From the NCBI GenBank assembly GCA_964016885.1, contig OZ024746.1:63488001-63552000 (forward strand): a DNA stretch of 64,000 bases. The letters are read 5' to 3'. Made by a program: the position numbers and the translations under genes. Below the pieces are notes generated by a model. It searched no databases and was not told where the DNA came from. It was given only the letters and a program-made list of their open reading frames with translations. This document shows positions 1 to 12,129 of this stretch, piece by piece (position 1 is the first letter of the stretch; each line of letters starts with the position of its first letter). The stretch is from Eledone cirrhosa. Lineage: Eukaryota.

Positions 1-575
1 GATATTCTCTCTGCCACTTTCATAACCTGATCCATCAGCTTTATACCCCTATAATTGCTCCTCTCTAGAGCATCCCCATTACCTTTGTAGCAATTTATGA
101 GAATACTGCTGCACCAGTCTTTGGGTATGACACCACCCTATATAGCTTGATTAATGATGCGTGCAACTAGTTTAGTGCCTACTTCTCCTGATGCCTTCAG
201 CATCTCAGCAACTATCCTCGACGGTCCAGCAGCCTTACCATTCTTCATTTCCTTAATTGCCTCTTGTACCCTATATTCATCAATCTCAATAACTGGTCCC
301 TCTGTCTGACATTTCCAGGCTTCCTTTTTTTGATCATTCGTGTCACTAAGTACACTGGCATCATATCCCCAACAACGTCCTGATTTGTCCTGACACCCTG
401 TCTTGCAATGCAGAACACCGCATGTCTCAGATCTTACCGTCGCAGAACATTGGCAAATTTCCTACTCTCAACCTCCCTGCATGCTAAGTACACCTGGTGT
501 CTAACTTCTCTCTTAGCGGCTGTGTATCCTTCTCTACTCCCACCGTTTTTCCAAGCCTTCCATATATATATAAGC
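1..575 (-). mobile_element. RTE-clade LINE ORF2 fragment (degenerate)
   Basis: Minus translation contains KAAGPSRIVAEMLK..G and IPKDWCSSILINCYKGNGD..NYRGIKL, typical of the RT N-terminal region. Confidence 0.8.
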
Positions 576-902
576 AGACGTAAAATGATGATGATGATAT
601 ATATATATATATATATATAGTCACTTTTCAAATACTGGACTATTTATTATGAACTGTACCAATCAACAACTAATCAGTTACATCATATATTAAGGGGAGG
701 GGAATTGAAGATTGTGATATTAATGCCTTTCCAATGGTATGAGTGGAGCGAAAATTATGAGTTAAAACCAGGGTTTGGGACATTGTGAACTTTTTCATTT
801 TAAATTGTTCACCACATAAGGAGAATCTACATGGTTGCTTAACCAACTCAAAATAGTAGTGAACTCTCAGGTCTCACTTTTCAGTCTTAAAAAGGGACAT
901 AT

Positions 903-1335
903 CATCATCATGATCATCATCGTTTAACGTCTATCTTCCACGCTAGCATGGGTTTAGACGGGAATTGTCCCACTTGATGCAAGATTGGTTGGGTGACCAT
1001 GTCTCGCTCGTATAGGACTGTCTGGCAGGTTTTCTACGGATGGATGCCCTTCCTAACACCAACCATATTTACAGTGTGGACTGGGAGGTTTTTACCGTGT
1101 TACTTACATGGCCACATTACAGCGTGGACTGCGTTTTTTTTTGTCGTGACACCTACATGACCTCATTTATTTTGGACTGGATGTTGTGGTACCAACATAA
1201 CTTTACAGAGAAAGGGTGGTGTTGTTGGTGGGGGAGGGGGGGGTATATATTTGGTTATAAGGTGCCTACTGACTGTAGGTTTCGCTTTGTTCATTGACAA
1301 GGCGGGTCTTCTGTATTACTGCGTAGCACCAAAGA
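903..1335 (-). mobile_element. SINE/RTE-tail element with (GAT)n tail
   Basis: Shares aacccatgctagcgtggaagatagacgttaaacgatgatgat tail with copies at ~6490-6685, 17610-17745, 19570-19805, 22570-22685, 32210-32410, 34175-34420, 45390-45560. Confidence 0.75.
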
Positions 1336-1736
1336 TCTCGGTCCAGTGACATTGTCTTAGAGAGGTATATAGATAATGTAATATCTGGAATATATAACTA
1401 AAAAAAAAAAAAGACAAGATGGTTATAGTTAAAATGATATTGATCATAGGACTGACCTGTAACTAAATACTATGATTTTCAGATACTGATTAATAATTAG
1501 AACCTGGCAAATGATATTTAAATGTTCATGAAAAGTAAATAAACACAATTTACATTTAAATATAATGATTGAATGTTTATTATTGAAATATATTAACAGT
1601 TAAATTGATATAAATATATGACTACATTTTTGTATTGCATGATGTAAGAAATAGCTAGTGTAGATCAGTATACTGTTTGTTACTATCATGTGCTTTTAGG
1701 TAAAATGTTTGATCAATGTAAACTGTTCTTTTTTAG

Positions 1737-1860
1737 AGTATTCCAGGAGGTTTTAATGCTCTGCAGCGAATGTACCGTGATATCCAAGAGCCTATGATGA
1801 ATGCTGCACAGGAGGGTTTTGGCTCTAACCCTTTTGCCTCTTTGGTATCTAACTCTGGTG
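1737..1860 (+). CDS. UBQLN1: Ubiquilin exon ([41 protein letters not shown])
   Basis: ttttag|AGT ... GGTG|gtaagt; conserved ubiquilin motif after STI1-I. Confidence 0.95.
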
Positions 1861-2705
1861 GTAAGTTTTGTTCTTATTTTCTTATTTATATTTAATCTAT
1901 TCCCATCTAAAGTAGCAGCTTGGCAGAGTTCTTAGAGCATAGATTTTAATGTCCCAATATTTATTTGGGCTTTCTGTACTTGGAGTTGAAATCCTGCCGA
2001 GGTCAACTTTGTTTCCACTAAATTTAGTCATCAATTGTAATGATTTCCACTACATTTAGCCATTAATTGTAATAGGTTCCACTACATATAGCCAGCTATT
2101 GAACATGTGATCCTATTCAGTAGAGCTCTTCATGATTCAACATTCTTTAACACCTCTACAAAATAAAGAAAGCAACAGCAAAACAAAACTGATCATTCAT
2201 TTCCTTGTATATTGATGCTACTTAGTCTGGTTAAATGTTCTTGACAATTAAAATACATTTCGTTAATATCTTTTGTTGTAATTGAAAATGTTATCCAGCA
2301 GAATTTTGTTTGAGATGGCTAGTATTTCAACATTGTTGAATAGTATCATATTTTTACTAGGAAAATTTTATCAGACAAATTATAAGCATGAAACACAGAT
2401 GTTGGAGGCAAATAATGATTTAATTTTATTCTTACTATTATTACAGGAGCCAACCAAAACAACGAGCAGGTTGGGAGGGAAAATACTGATCCCTTGCCAA
2501 ACCCTTGGGCCCCTAAACCACCAGGTGGTAGTGGGTCTACTACTGGAGGAGGAAGTGGTCCTACTCAAACTGATAGCACTAGTGGAGATTCATCAACACC
2601 TTTAGCTGGTGGACCTTTTGGTAAGTATTAATCTCATAATTTTAAGTAATATTTGGATACTTCTTAATTTGTTTCGTCTTAGATCCTTGTCCTTATATAT
2701 ATATA

Positions 2706-2751
<46 letters not shown>

Positions 2752-4149
2752 ACCCTTGCAAGCAGGGAAAAAGCGGACGTAAAATGAAATGATGATGATA
2801 TATATATACTAGTAGCAGTACCCAGCGTTGCCTGGGTAGGTAAAATAATATCTGCTTTGATGAAAAGGTGTTGATTTTAGCGACTGCTTCTCGATGACTC
2901 ATCTATGGCCTCACACAGGCCATGCGGGCGAGGGTGGTGATGACCTCTATCACTGAGAAACGCGGGTGACTGACGAAGGGGCTTGCTATGGGAGGGAGGT
3001 AATGACCTCTAACACTAAGCCAAATTTCCTCACGCTACTTGATTGGAAACCTATGAACTCTCAAATACACAACTAAAAGCTCAAACGACATCAGTGGCTA
3101 TGGTTTTGCCTTTTACCATCTATAAGATGTGCCATGATAGGTTCTATCGTAGTATAAAAGTTGAACCAAATAAATTGATTTATGTGTGGGGTGGAGCCGA
3201 AGTTTCGAATTTGAACGAAATCGGTTGAAAAATGTGGGAGCTAGAGCCGAAAAGACGGAAATTTGAGCGAAAAGGTGGTATTTTCGAATATTTAAGCGGC
3301 TGCCACGCCGTTCCTGAACAAAAAGTCCAAAAAGTAATGCCACTTTAAGACGTGAAATAATCAGATCTAGCATAGTGTAAAATTTGAACAAAGTAGGTTG
3401 ATTAATAATAATAATAATAATAATAATGAAATTATTGTGTAAAGTGCTCAGGTGCACTACAACTCGTCAAAGGTGTATGTATAGTACATAGGTTAATACA
3501 CAGATGTCAGTGAAGTGAATAGTGTATGAGTCATGGAATACATGTGTGTATGTGTATGGAGGGGGAACATTAGGTGTAGTGTTGGCGGATCTCGGGTTCC
3601 ATGTTTCAGCAACTCTGAGCGTCAAAAAATGTTTACGAAAGTCATGGGAACTGTAGTGTTTTCTGACTTTGTGGGCATGCCCACGTGTGTTAGACACATG
3701 TGGGAGCTAGAGCCGAAAAAGTGGAAATTTGAGTCTAAGAGTGGTATTTTTTAATATTTAAGCAGCTGCCACACCGTCCCTGAACAACAAATGCAAAATA
3801 TAAAGCCATTACAGGATGTGCAATGATAAATTCTATTTTGGTTTAAAATTTGAACGAAATCGGTGGCGAAATGTGGGAGCTAGAACCAAAAATTTTATTT
3901 TTCGATACCTAAAAAAAGGTGACTCCCTATCGATTTTTATCTGCAGAATGACCCCGGAATAAAAAAAACGATACGCTGATATATATAGAAAACACTACCC
4001 AATGACTAATCTATGAGCCTGTAAAGTTTCATGAAAATCGGTCGTAAGATGTAGGCCCCTATAGGTAATACACAGACACACACACACACACATACTTAAT
4101 TTATATATATATACAGATGTATATATATATAAATAATGTGTGTGTGTAA

Positions 4150-4197
<48 letters not shown>

Positions 4198-5931
4198 TAA
4201 ATCATGTCCTTAGAATTATTAGATAAAATATATACCATTTCCTCTCCCAATTAGCATAATTAACCATATAAAAAATCAATTAGCCCAGGCTATAAGAATA
4301 AAGGCTCCTATGAAGAAATATTTGATAAATAACCGAAAGCGGCTTCTTCGCGGTGACCACAATAGAGTATTTACCCAACATTTCAGCATGTAGAAACTGA
4401 CCAAATATACCGTCAACCATACACAATTAGGTGTAAATTTAAACTTAGAAGAAACGTGTACATACCGTAATTACATCTCTACCATGGTTTCGTTCGTATT
4501 TTGAGATATCCTATTATTAATGACGAATCTAGTGTAACAAACTCATCAGGAGACAGACTCATATATATATATATAAATAATGTGTGTGTGTGTATATATA
4601 CATATATAACCCATGCTAGCGTGGAAGATGGACATTAAACGAAGATGATGATATATATATATATATGTGTATATATAAAACCTCCATGCTTCCTGAAATT
4701 CACCAACACTACACCTAATATTCCCCTTCCATACACACGCACACATGTATATCATGACTCGTACACTATTCACTTCCCTGACATTTGTACATTGTTCTAT
4801 GTACTATACATGTACCTTTGACAAGTTGTAGTGCATCTGAGCACTGTACACAATAATTTCATTATCATATACATACATACATACACACCTCTCTTTACCT
4901 TTCATGGAATGAACAGCTTTCTCTATGAGTTTATACAATTTGCTATTGGGTATATATTTAAAAATACTAGCAGAAAAACCACCCTTCGGGTGGTTTTCTG
5001 CTAGCATGTATATTGATATTATACGCAAGTATATATGCATGTAGATATGATATATCAAATAAAATCGTAATTGACAATATACACAGAAATTGAACGAAAA
5101 CTGTGTTGCACTCTCTTATGTAATCAGTAACGTAATCCATGAGACATTAAAAAAAGACAATATTATATATCTGCTAGCATGTGTAGTGTGTATATTGATA
5201 TTATACGCAAGTATATATACATGTAGATATGATCAAATAAAATCGTAATTGACAATATATAATACATAGAAATTGAATGTTACATTGGCTTATGTAATCA
5301 GTAACGTAATCCATGGTACATTAAAAAAAGGTGATATTATATATAAACTGCATTAGGAGAAAATTAGTGACAGAAATATATGAATGTTTATTTAAACGAT
5401 CACTAACTGGAAGTGTTGACATTTTCAAAATTTTAAAGAATTGAATCTTTAATTAAGTAATAAAATATATTTAATGAACAGCCACGAAATTTAGTGGATA
5501 AATTATGTAATATTCATTCATTCATTATTCAAAGTAATCCAACTTATTTTACTAAGGTGATAAAAAATTATAAACCGTACGCAGTCCCGCGCTTCTTACT
5601 TTATTATAGTTTAGATTTATGAAATTGAACATTCTTGAAGCAGACTAATTTCTGTTTGAATATTTTTTTGACACAGGTATGTTTAACACACCTGGTATGC
5701 AGAGTTTGTTAACACAGATGACACAGAATCCACAACTGATCCAAAATATGTTGCAAGCTCCTTACATTCAAACTATGATGCAGACCATGTCTAGTAATCC
5801 AGATATGGCTCAGCAGGTATTTACTGATTTATTTCAATATCATTGGTTTAACTATGACTTTTCACTTATACAGTTAGTGCATGGAACAGTCACTTTAACT
5901 ATTTATAAACTCACAAAAACTGTTAACTTTG

Positions 5932-5973
<42 letters not shown>

Positions 5974-8900
5974 GGATGGTATCCTGAAGGGGATCAGGAA
6001 ATAACTAGGACATTGCTGATGATTTCATATGAATGAAACAGTTCTATTTTTGTAGAAATTATTTCTATATGAAATGAATATATACATATATTATATATCA
6101 TTTATTTCCAGATAAGTAACACTCTGAAATTTCATTTATATTCTTTATATTAATTAATGATATGCTATTTCAGCCTTTATAAATGTTATAAAAATTGTCG
6201 CCTTCAAGTTGTTAGGCTACATACTGAAGGTTTTCAAGTGTTCATTAGTCTTGCTGGCTCAATTTAGTGTACGTTTTATAGTGAAGAACAGCTCTTTATT
6301 GTAAGCAAATAGTAAAACTGAGTATTTTAATTTAATGCTAAGCTCTTATTCATTCATAAACTGTTGGATAATACCAGCAGTGTTAAAGGCCAGCACCATA
6401 ATAACTTCAACCGACAATCATTTATCTGAATCTAGTTTTGACACTAGATTCTATCCATTTCATTTTTTCATCATGTGGTTGTGTAGGTAACACGGTAAAA
6501 AGCTCCCAGTCCACACTGTAAATGTGGTTGGTGTTAGGAAGGGCATCCAGCCATAGAAAACCTGCCAGATAGTCCTATACGAGCGAGACATGGTCACCTG
6601 ACCAATCTTGCCTCAAGTGGGACAATTCCCATTTAACCCATGCTAGCGTGGAAGATAGACGTTAAACAATGATGATGATGATGAATACTTTAGAGAAGAG
6701 CATTACAGCACTTATTCCTAACCTTTCAGTTGGAAAATACAAGACAATATTTAAGATTTAGTAGTATTTTAGGTCAAAACACTTGTTGAAATCTTCATGC
6801 TTATTTTTAAAAATTCTCATGTCTTTTCTAAAAATTCTCATGTCTTCAAGTATAAAGACTTCTTTTTATAATGAGAATTATTATCATTAATACTATCATT
6901 TCAGATTTTAGGTAATAATCCATTATTTGCTGCCAACCCCCAATTTCAAGATGTATTTAACCAGTATCTTCCTACTATGATGAATCAGGTATGTATCTTG
7001 AATTGTTGTCTCTTGCGCAAATTTTGTGTGTAGATATGTTGGAATGTTGATTTTTTTTTTCTGTTGTAATTATGCAAAAGTTCATTTAATAAACTTTAAG
7101 CAGAATCTAACGAAGTTAACTTTTGATTTAGTTGTATAAACAATTTCAATTTTTTATGCATCTGGTTAATGACTTCTTAGCCCTTTCATGACTATTTTAA
7201 ATGAAATGCATTCTATTTTAACTAATGAATAATTTTGAGGGATTTACTAAAATTGTTATTTTGTTACTAAGATAGTAACTTGACATATTGTCCTTATATA
7301 TAAAATTATGTTGGCAGATTTTAATTTAAATACGGACTCTTTAAAGTGCGTGGTTTTGTTTCATAGAACCAGAGCTGTTTATGGCTTGCTTATTATTTAA
7401 AGGGTTAAATGACATTAATCTTTAGCCCCAGTGTTTCCAGTGTAGATTCTACTATGATAATCATTTTAAACTCCATCTGGAAAATTGATATGCTCAACTG
7501 TAGAAAGCACGTAATGCCTATGAACTTGGATGGTTAAGTCATTATAGTACTGAATAACCAACTGTAAGGCTGACCATTGCCGATTACTGGCATGTATGTA
7601 TAGGTCCTGTGGCCATGTTAACTTTGAAATTATCCAGTCTGCTATTGATTTTTTTTTTATTGATAGTCAAAGTGTTGTGTGCTTAAGTGATATTTAATCT
7701 AGTTATAGCAGTTAACAGTTCACTGATATGCCTTTTCTCTACTGAACACTATGTTTGACTTCCATAGATTTTACTTTTGTTTGGAGAAGGTTTCAGTTGA
7801 GTGTTGCCAGGTAATAAAACACTCATCAATTACAACAGTGGGTTATATAACCCTCAATTCCCAGCAACATATCTATTTACAGTATGGTGGTTATGACTAA
7901 TAATTATTTCACTTGTTATAGAAACGACTTTTTCTTATAATTGAATTTATTTTAAATCTATCTTCAGATGCAGAATCCACAGATGCAAACCCTCATAAGT
8001 AACCCGCGGGCTTTAGAAGCTATAATGCAGATCCAACAGTCCTTGCAACAGTTACAGAATGAAGCTCCTGGACTTTTTCCAGGGTATGTATTTTTTAAAT
8101 ACTAAAACTGTGAAAACATATTTGTTGATGATCTCATTGTGTACTTGTTGAAGACAAATTGGAGCAGTTTAAAGAATTTTTATATACATGGCTTAGTGGT
8201 TAGAGCATTGGGCTTGCAATCGAAAGGTTGTGAGTTCAATTCTCAGACCGGGTGATGTGTTGTTTCCTTGAGCAAGACACTTTATTTCACATTGCTCCAG
8301 TTTACTCAGCAGTAGAAATTAGATGATAGGACTGGGGTTCATATCATTCCACTGCAAAGTGGTCGTGGAGGTGCCACGGCAAAAAAGCACCCAGCACTCA
8401 CTGTAAATGAGGTTGATGTTAGGAAGGGCATCCAGCTGTAGAAATCAAGCCAGAATCAGTTCCCATCCCACCCTTGCAAGCAGGGAAAAGCGGACGTAAA
8501 ATGAAATGATGATGATGATGATGATGAATCCTTTCAGTTTTTAAGACATCATCATCATCATCTTTGTTTAATGTCCATCTTCCACGTTATTTATGTTTAT
8601 AGAAACAAAAGAAAAAAATTAATAATCTTTGTTTGTCCATGATTGATTTTTATATATCACAAATGATTATAGAGAACACAATAATAAACTGTAAATGAAT
8701 CTTAGATGGTTATGTCAATAGAATACTAAATAACCAAGTGTAAGGCTAGCCACTGACTAGTGTCACATCACTGGCATGTAAATATAGTTTCTATGACTGT
8801 CAGGTTGATGAGTATTCTAGTTGTCCAATCAATTGAATTATAGTGTACTAAGTATTCCACTGACGGAATCATGGCGCTGTGGGACAGGGCTGGAGACCTT

Positions 8901-11900
8901 TGAATTGCATGTACACCCTATTTAGCAGGCTTTTGTTTATCCAGTTTCACAACACACAAGGTTTGGATTCATTCAATGCTAAAACAAAACATTTGCTCAA
9001 GATGCCACAGAATGACATCCAACCTGAGTACAAATAAGAGATGGATCACTTGGTAGTGCTAGGGTAGAGAATGTTATTATTTATTGTTTCTGTCAGTATA
9101 TTGTACAAACTATCGAGATAGCATCTCGTGGTCACTTGTTAGAACTAGCAAACAAATCTCTCTCGTATTGCATCTCCCTATCTTAAACATCATCATCATC
9201 ATCATACATCTGCTTTCTCTGCTAGGGTTTTGAGGGGTCTTCACAGACCAAGTCAGTACCGAAGTGGGGCTACTGCTCTCCCAGACAGGCCAGGGGCCTG
9301 CATCTCACATACAATCCTATGTTCTACTGACTGCACAAGAGAGGTTGTCTTGACTTAGACATTTTAAAAAGCAAGTGGTGACGTTTGTTTGTGTCTTTTC
9401 ATATCATTGAGTCCCACAATCGAGTGGATTGATGAATTGAAAAAGTAAAATATGAGTTGACACCAGGAAAGGTATCTGGCCATATAAAAACTGATTCTGA
9501 AAGTCTTATCTAACCCATGCAAGTATAGTAAAGGTTAACATAACTAAAAATAATTGATTTTATTTTCTTCTTCTTACAGTTTAACTGGTCTTTCAATTCC
9601 TACTACCAGTAGCACAACCACTGGCAGTACTGATTCTACTACTAGCACGGCCTCCACCACTGCCTCCACTACTACAACTACTACTTCTTCTACAGAAGCC
9701 ACTAACACATCCGCTACTGCTGGCTCTACAGTGAGTTCACCTGTTAGCACTGACAAGCCGGCTACGACTGCTGGTGAGAATACCTCTCCCTCTCCTGCCA
9801 CCACAACTACAACCTCTTCTATCACATCTTCTACTATTCCCAATCTAACTGGTGGCACCAATACTACAGCCAGTGGGAATGCTAATCCTCTTGGTGGTGG
9901 CACCAGTGCTGATGCATTCAGTAATTTGATGGCCCAAATGGTACAGATGATGGCCAGTGGTCAAATGGGTAATAATCCAATGAGTGGAGGTTTACTTGGC
10001 ACAGGACAAATGGTAAGTGTTTTACCTTTATTTTATTGTTTGGAATGACTGAATGTTTTGTATGTTACTTGTTGATATCATACACAGGTAGAAGGGAGCA
10101 TTGGTAGAGTTTGTTCATACGCTTTACTTTCTGAGGTCAACTTTGCCTTTCCTCGTACTGGGGTCAATATAATGGACTAACTTCTTTCTGCCCTATGTCA
10201 ATGAACAGCATTGTTCTGTCAATGAATAACAACCTCCCTAGTGTTGGTACCTCGATAAAAAGCATCAACTACACTCTGTAAAGTGGTTGGTGTTAAGTTG
10301 GGCATCCAGTCAGAGAAATGCAGGTGTTGTGATAAAATGCACCTGGTGTACTTAGCAGGGTGTAGGAATATATGTAAATGAGAAGCAAGTTCCTTGCTTG
10401 TATGTGAGGTCATTAGCTCTGATTAAATACCAACTATTATTTGTGATAACCCATTCAACCCTTGCTAAAAAGATTCTTTCACTATTTTTCTCTCTCTCTC
10501 TTTTTCTTGCTTTCTCTGCCTCTTTCACCTTCTCTGTCTTCTTTATTCTCTATATCTCTCTTTCCCTCATGTATTTTCTATCTCCTTCACTGTCTCTATA
10601 TCTGTTTCTTCTCTGTATATCTCATTCTATCTCTCTCTTGTTTTCTCACACTTGCTTCTCTTTGCAAATTTTTTCCCCTTTTCTTACATTTTATACCTCT
10701 GTTTTTCTAGGGCCAACCTCCCGATCAACGCTTTGGACCTCAATTGGAACAGCTTGCAGCAATGGGGTTTGTGGATCGAGAAGCTAATATTAGAGGTAAT
10801 CTTTACAAGTTTACTATTGTGAATTTTATACCAATGTTTATATAAGATTATATAGTTGTATAACATTTGTTCTGACATTTCTAGAAAGTGACTGAATTTG
10901 GAAAGTAATTTCGACCCAAGTTAACCAAATTCTCTAGATTTAAAAAAAAATAATAAAATGTGTTGTAAAGAAAATGATACATTTTTTATTAATTCTTAGT
11001 TACTTCCTTTCTGTTGCAAGTATTGAGACCGTCTCCAGTCTGAACAATCCCCCGTTCTCTCTCATGAAAACAAAAATAATTATTATTGTTTAGAATAGTG
11101 AAGTGTTAGAAACAGATGAACTTCAGAGTAAATGTCTTTAGCCTTATCCTTTCACATACTTTCTTCAAATACTATTGATGTTATTGGTGTTTTTATCAGT
11201 CTGAGATGCAATAAAATACCAGTACTGTTGCAGCTCCTCTAAAAAATGTGAGGAATTGTGTCATTGTAAAAAAAAAATCCTCATTAATGGACCTAATTTT
11301 ACTGTGTGACTAAATATGTATAGATATTAGTTTGTATGGAGCTGGAATAGGCTTATATTGTATTTGACAATGAGTGTTCTAGTTGTTTGATCAGCCTAGT
11401 CATAAAATTAACATGTAAGTGACTGAGCATTCCACAGTCGTGTTTATCCTTAACATATTTCTCAGGGTGATTCAGGATGACTGAGTGTGACAAGGCTAAC
11501 TCCTTTAATTATACTGACATGCTTCCAAACAGTTTGTCTACTCAGTTCCATTCACAAAGCATGGTTTGACTTGAGGCTATGGTAAATAACACAACCCCCA
11601 AATGCCATACAATAAGATCACACCTGAAACCTAATGATAACAAAGAAATCTCCTTAATCATACTGTATCCACTGAGTAATATATTTATTTATCACCTGTA
11701 CTATATTAATGTTAGTAATTATATTGTCTGTCCTTCAACTTTGTACCATTATCATTGGCAGTTTAGAATAGAGAGGTAAATGGTTTATAAATTGTTAACC
11801 CTTTCATTACCATATTTTTAATGAAACACACTTCATATTGCATTTCAAATAATCAAGAATTTGAAAGGATTAAGCAAAATAACTTTGACGATATTAAATT

Positions 11901-12129
11901 AGTGTTTGGAGCATAGCTTAAAGGTTTTTACATAAAATTATGATGGAAAGGGGCCTGCTAAACCTGCCTAAGTTTGAACTGTAAATTTATTTTCTATAGT
12001 TTTGTGTCAGTATTAGAAATGATTCTTTGTTATTGTTGTTATGGATTTTTTTTGTTTTTTTCTTCAGCTTTGACTGCTACCCTGGGTGATGTTAATGCTG
12101 CCATTGACAGGCTTTTGCAGCAGAGATGA
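1737..12129 (+). CDS. UBQLN1: Ubiquilin (UBQLN1-like), 3' partial gene; exons 1737-1860, 2447-2620, 5677-5816, 6905-6988, 7968-8083, 9580-10012, 10711-10795, 12068-12129; UBL domain upstream of window
   Basis: Spliced translation gives [104 protein letters not shown], i.e. the ubiquilin STI1 and UBA motifs. All introns are GT-AG with matching phases; 1218 nt total. Confidence 0.96.
2447..2620 (+). CDS. UBQLN1: Ubiquilin exon (..[16 protein letters not shown]..)
   Basis: ttacag|GA ... TTTG|gtaagt; conserved ENxDPLPNPW motif; phase 1/1. Confidence 0.93.
2808..4110 (-). mobile_element. Non-autonomous Helitron-like element with nested LINE-tail insertion (~3403-3600)
   Basis: Minus 3' end acccaggcaacgctgggt hairpin + actgctaCTAGT; internal subrepeats (gaacgaaatcggt..aatgtgggagctagagcc); similar element at 38144-38756. 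Confidence 0.6.
4474..4555 (-). ncRNA. Type I hammerhead ribozyme motif (Penelope-like, palindromic helix III)
   Basis: Minus strand: ugucuc-CUGAUGA-guuugu[loop]acgaac-GAAA-ccaugg-UA-gagaug; all core residues and three helices present. Confidence 0.8.
5677..5816 (+). CDS. UBQLN1: Ubiquilin exon ([47 protein letters not shown])
   Basis: acacag|GT ... CAG|gtattt; STI1-like Met/Gln-rich helices; overlaps ORF 5679..5969. Confidence 0.95.
6905..6988 (+). CDS. UBQLN1: Ubiquilin exon ([28 protein letters not shown])
   Basis: tttcag|ATT ... CAG|gtatgt; NNPLFAxNPQ motif. Confidence 0.93.
7968..8083 (+). CDS. UBQLN1: Ubiquilin exon ([39 protein letters not shown])
   Basis: cttcag|ATG ... CCAGG|gtatgt; conserved NPRAxxAxxQIQQ..EAPGL. 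Confidence 0.95.
8185..8525 (+). mobile_element. tRNA-headed SINE with ccttgagcaagacactt core and RTE-type (GAT)n tail
   Basis: A box tggcttagtggtt, B box gagttcaattc; near-identical copies at 48165-48495 (-) and 63825-64000 (+). Confidence 0.8.
9580..10012 (+). CDS. UBQLN1: Ubiquilin exon, Thr/Ser-rich low-complexity region plus UBA-adjacent helix
   Basis: ttacag|T ... ATG|gtaagt; frame fits both neighbours; ORF 9554..10048. Confidence 0.9.
10711..10795 (+). CDS. UBQLN1: Ubiquilin exon, UBA N-half ([28 protein letters not shown])
   Basis: ttctag|GGC ... AGAG|gtaatc; UBA MGF motif. Confidence 0.96.
12068..12129 (+). CDS. UBQLN1: Ubiquilin last coding exon ([20 protein letters not shown])
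   Basis: cttcag|CT ... TGA; UBA C-terminal [11 protein letters not shown]. Confidence 0.96.

Noticed and set aside
9574-9903. Antisense 109-aa Val-rich ORF
   Set aside because: Shadow of the Thr-rich ubiquilin exon.
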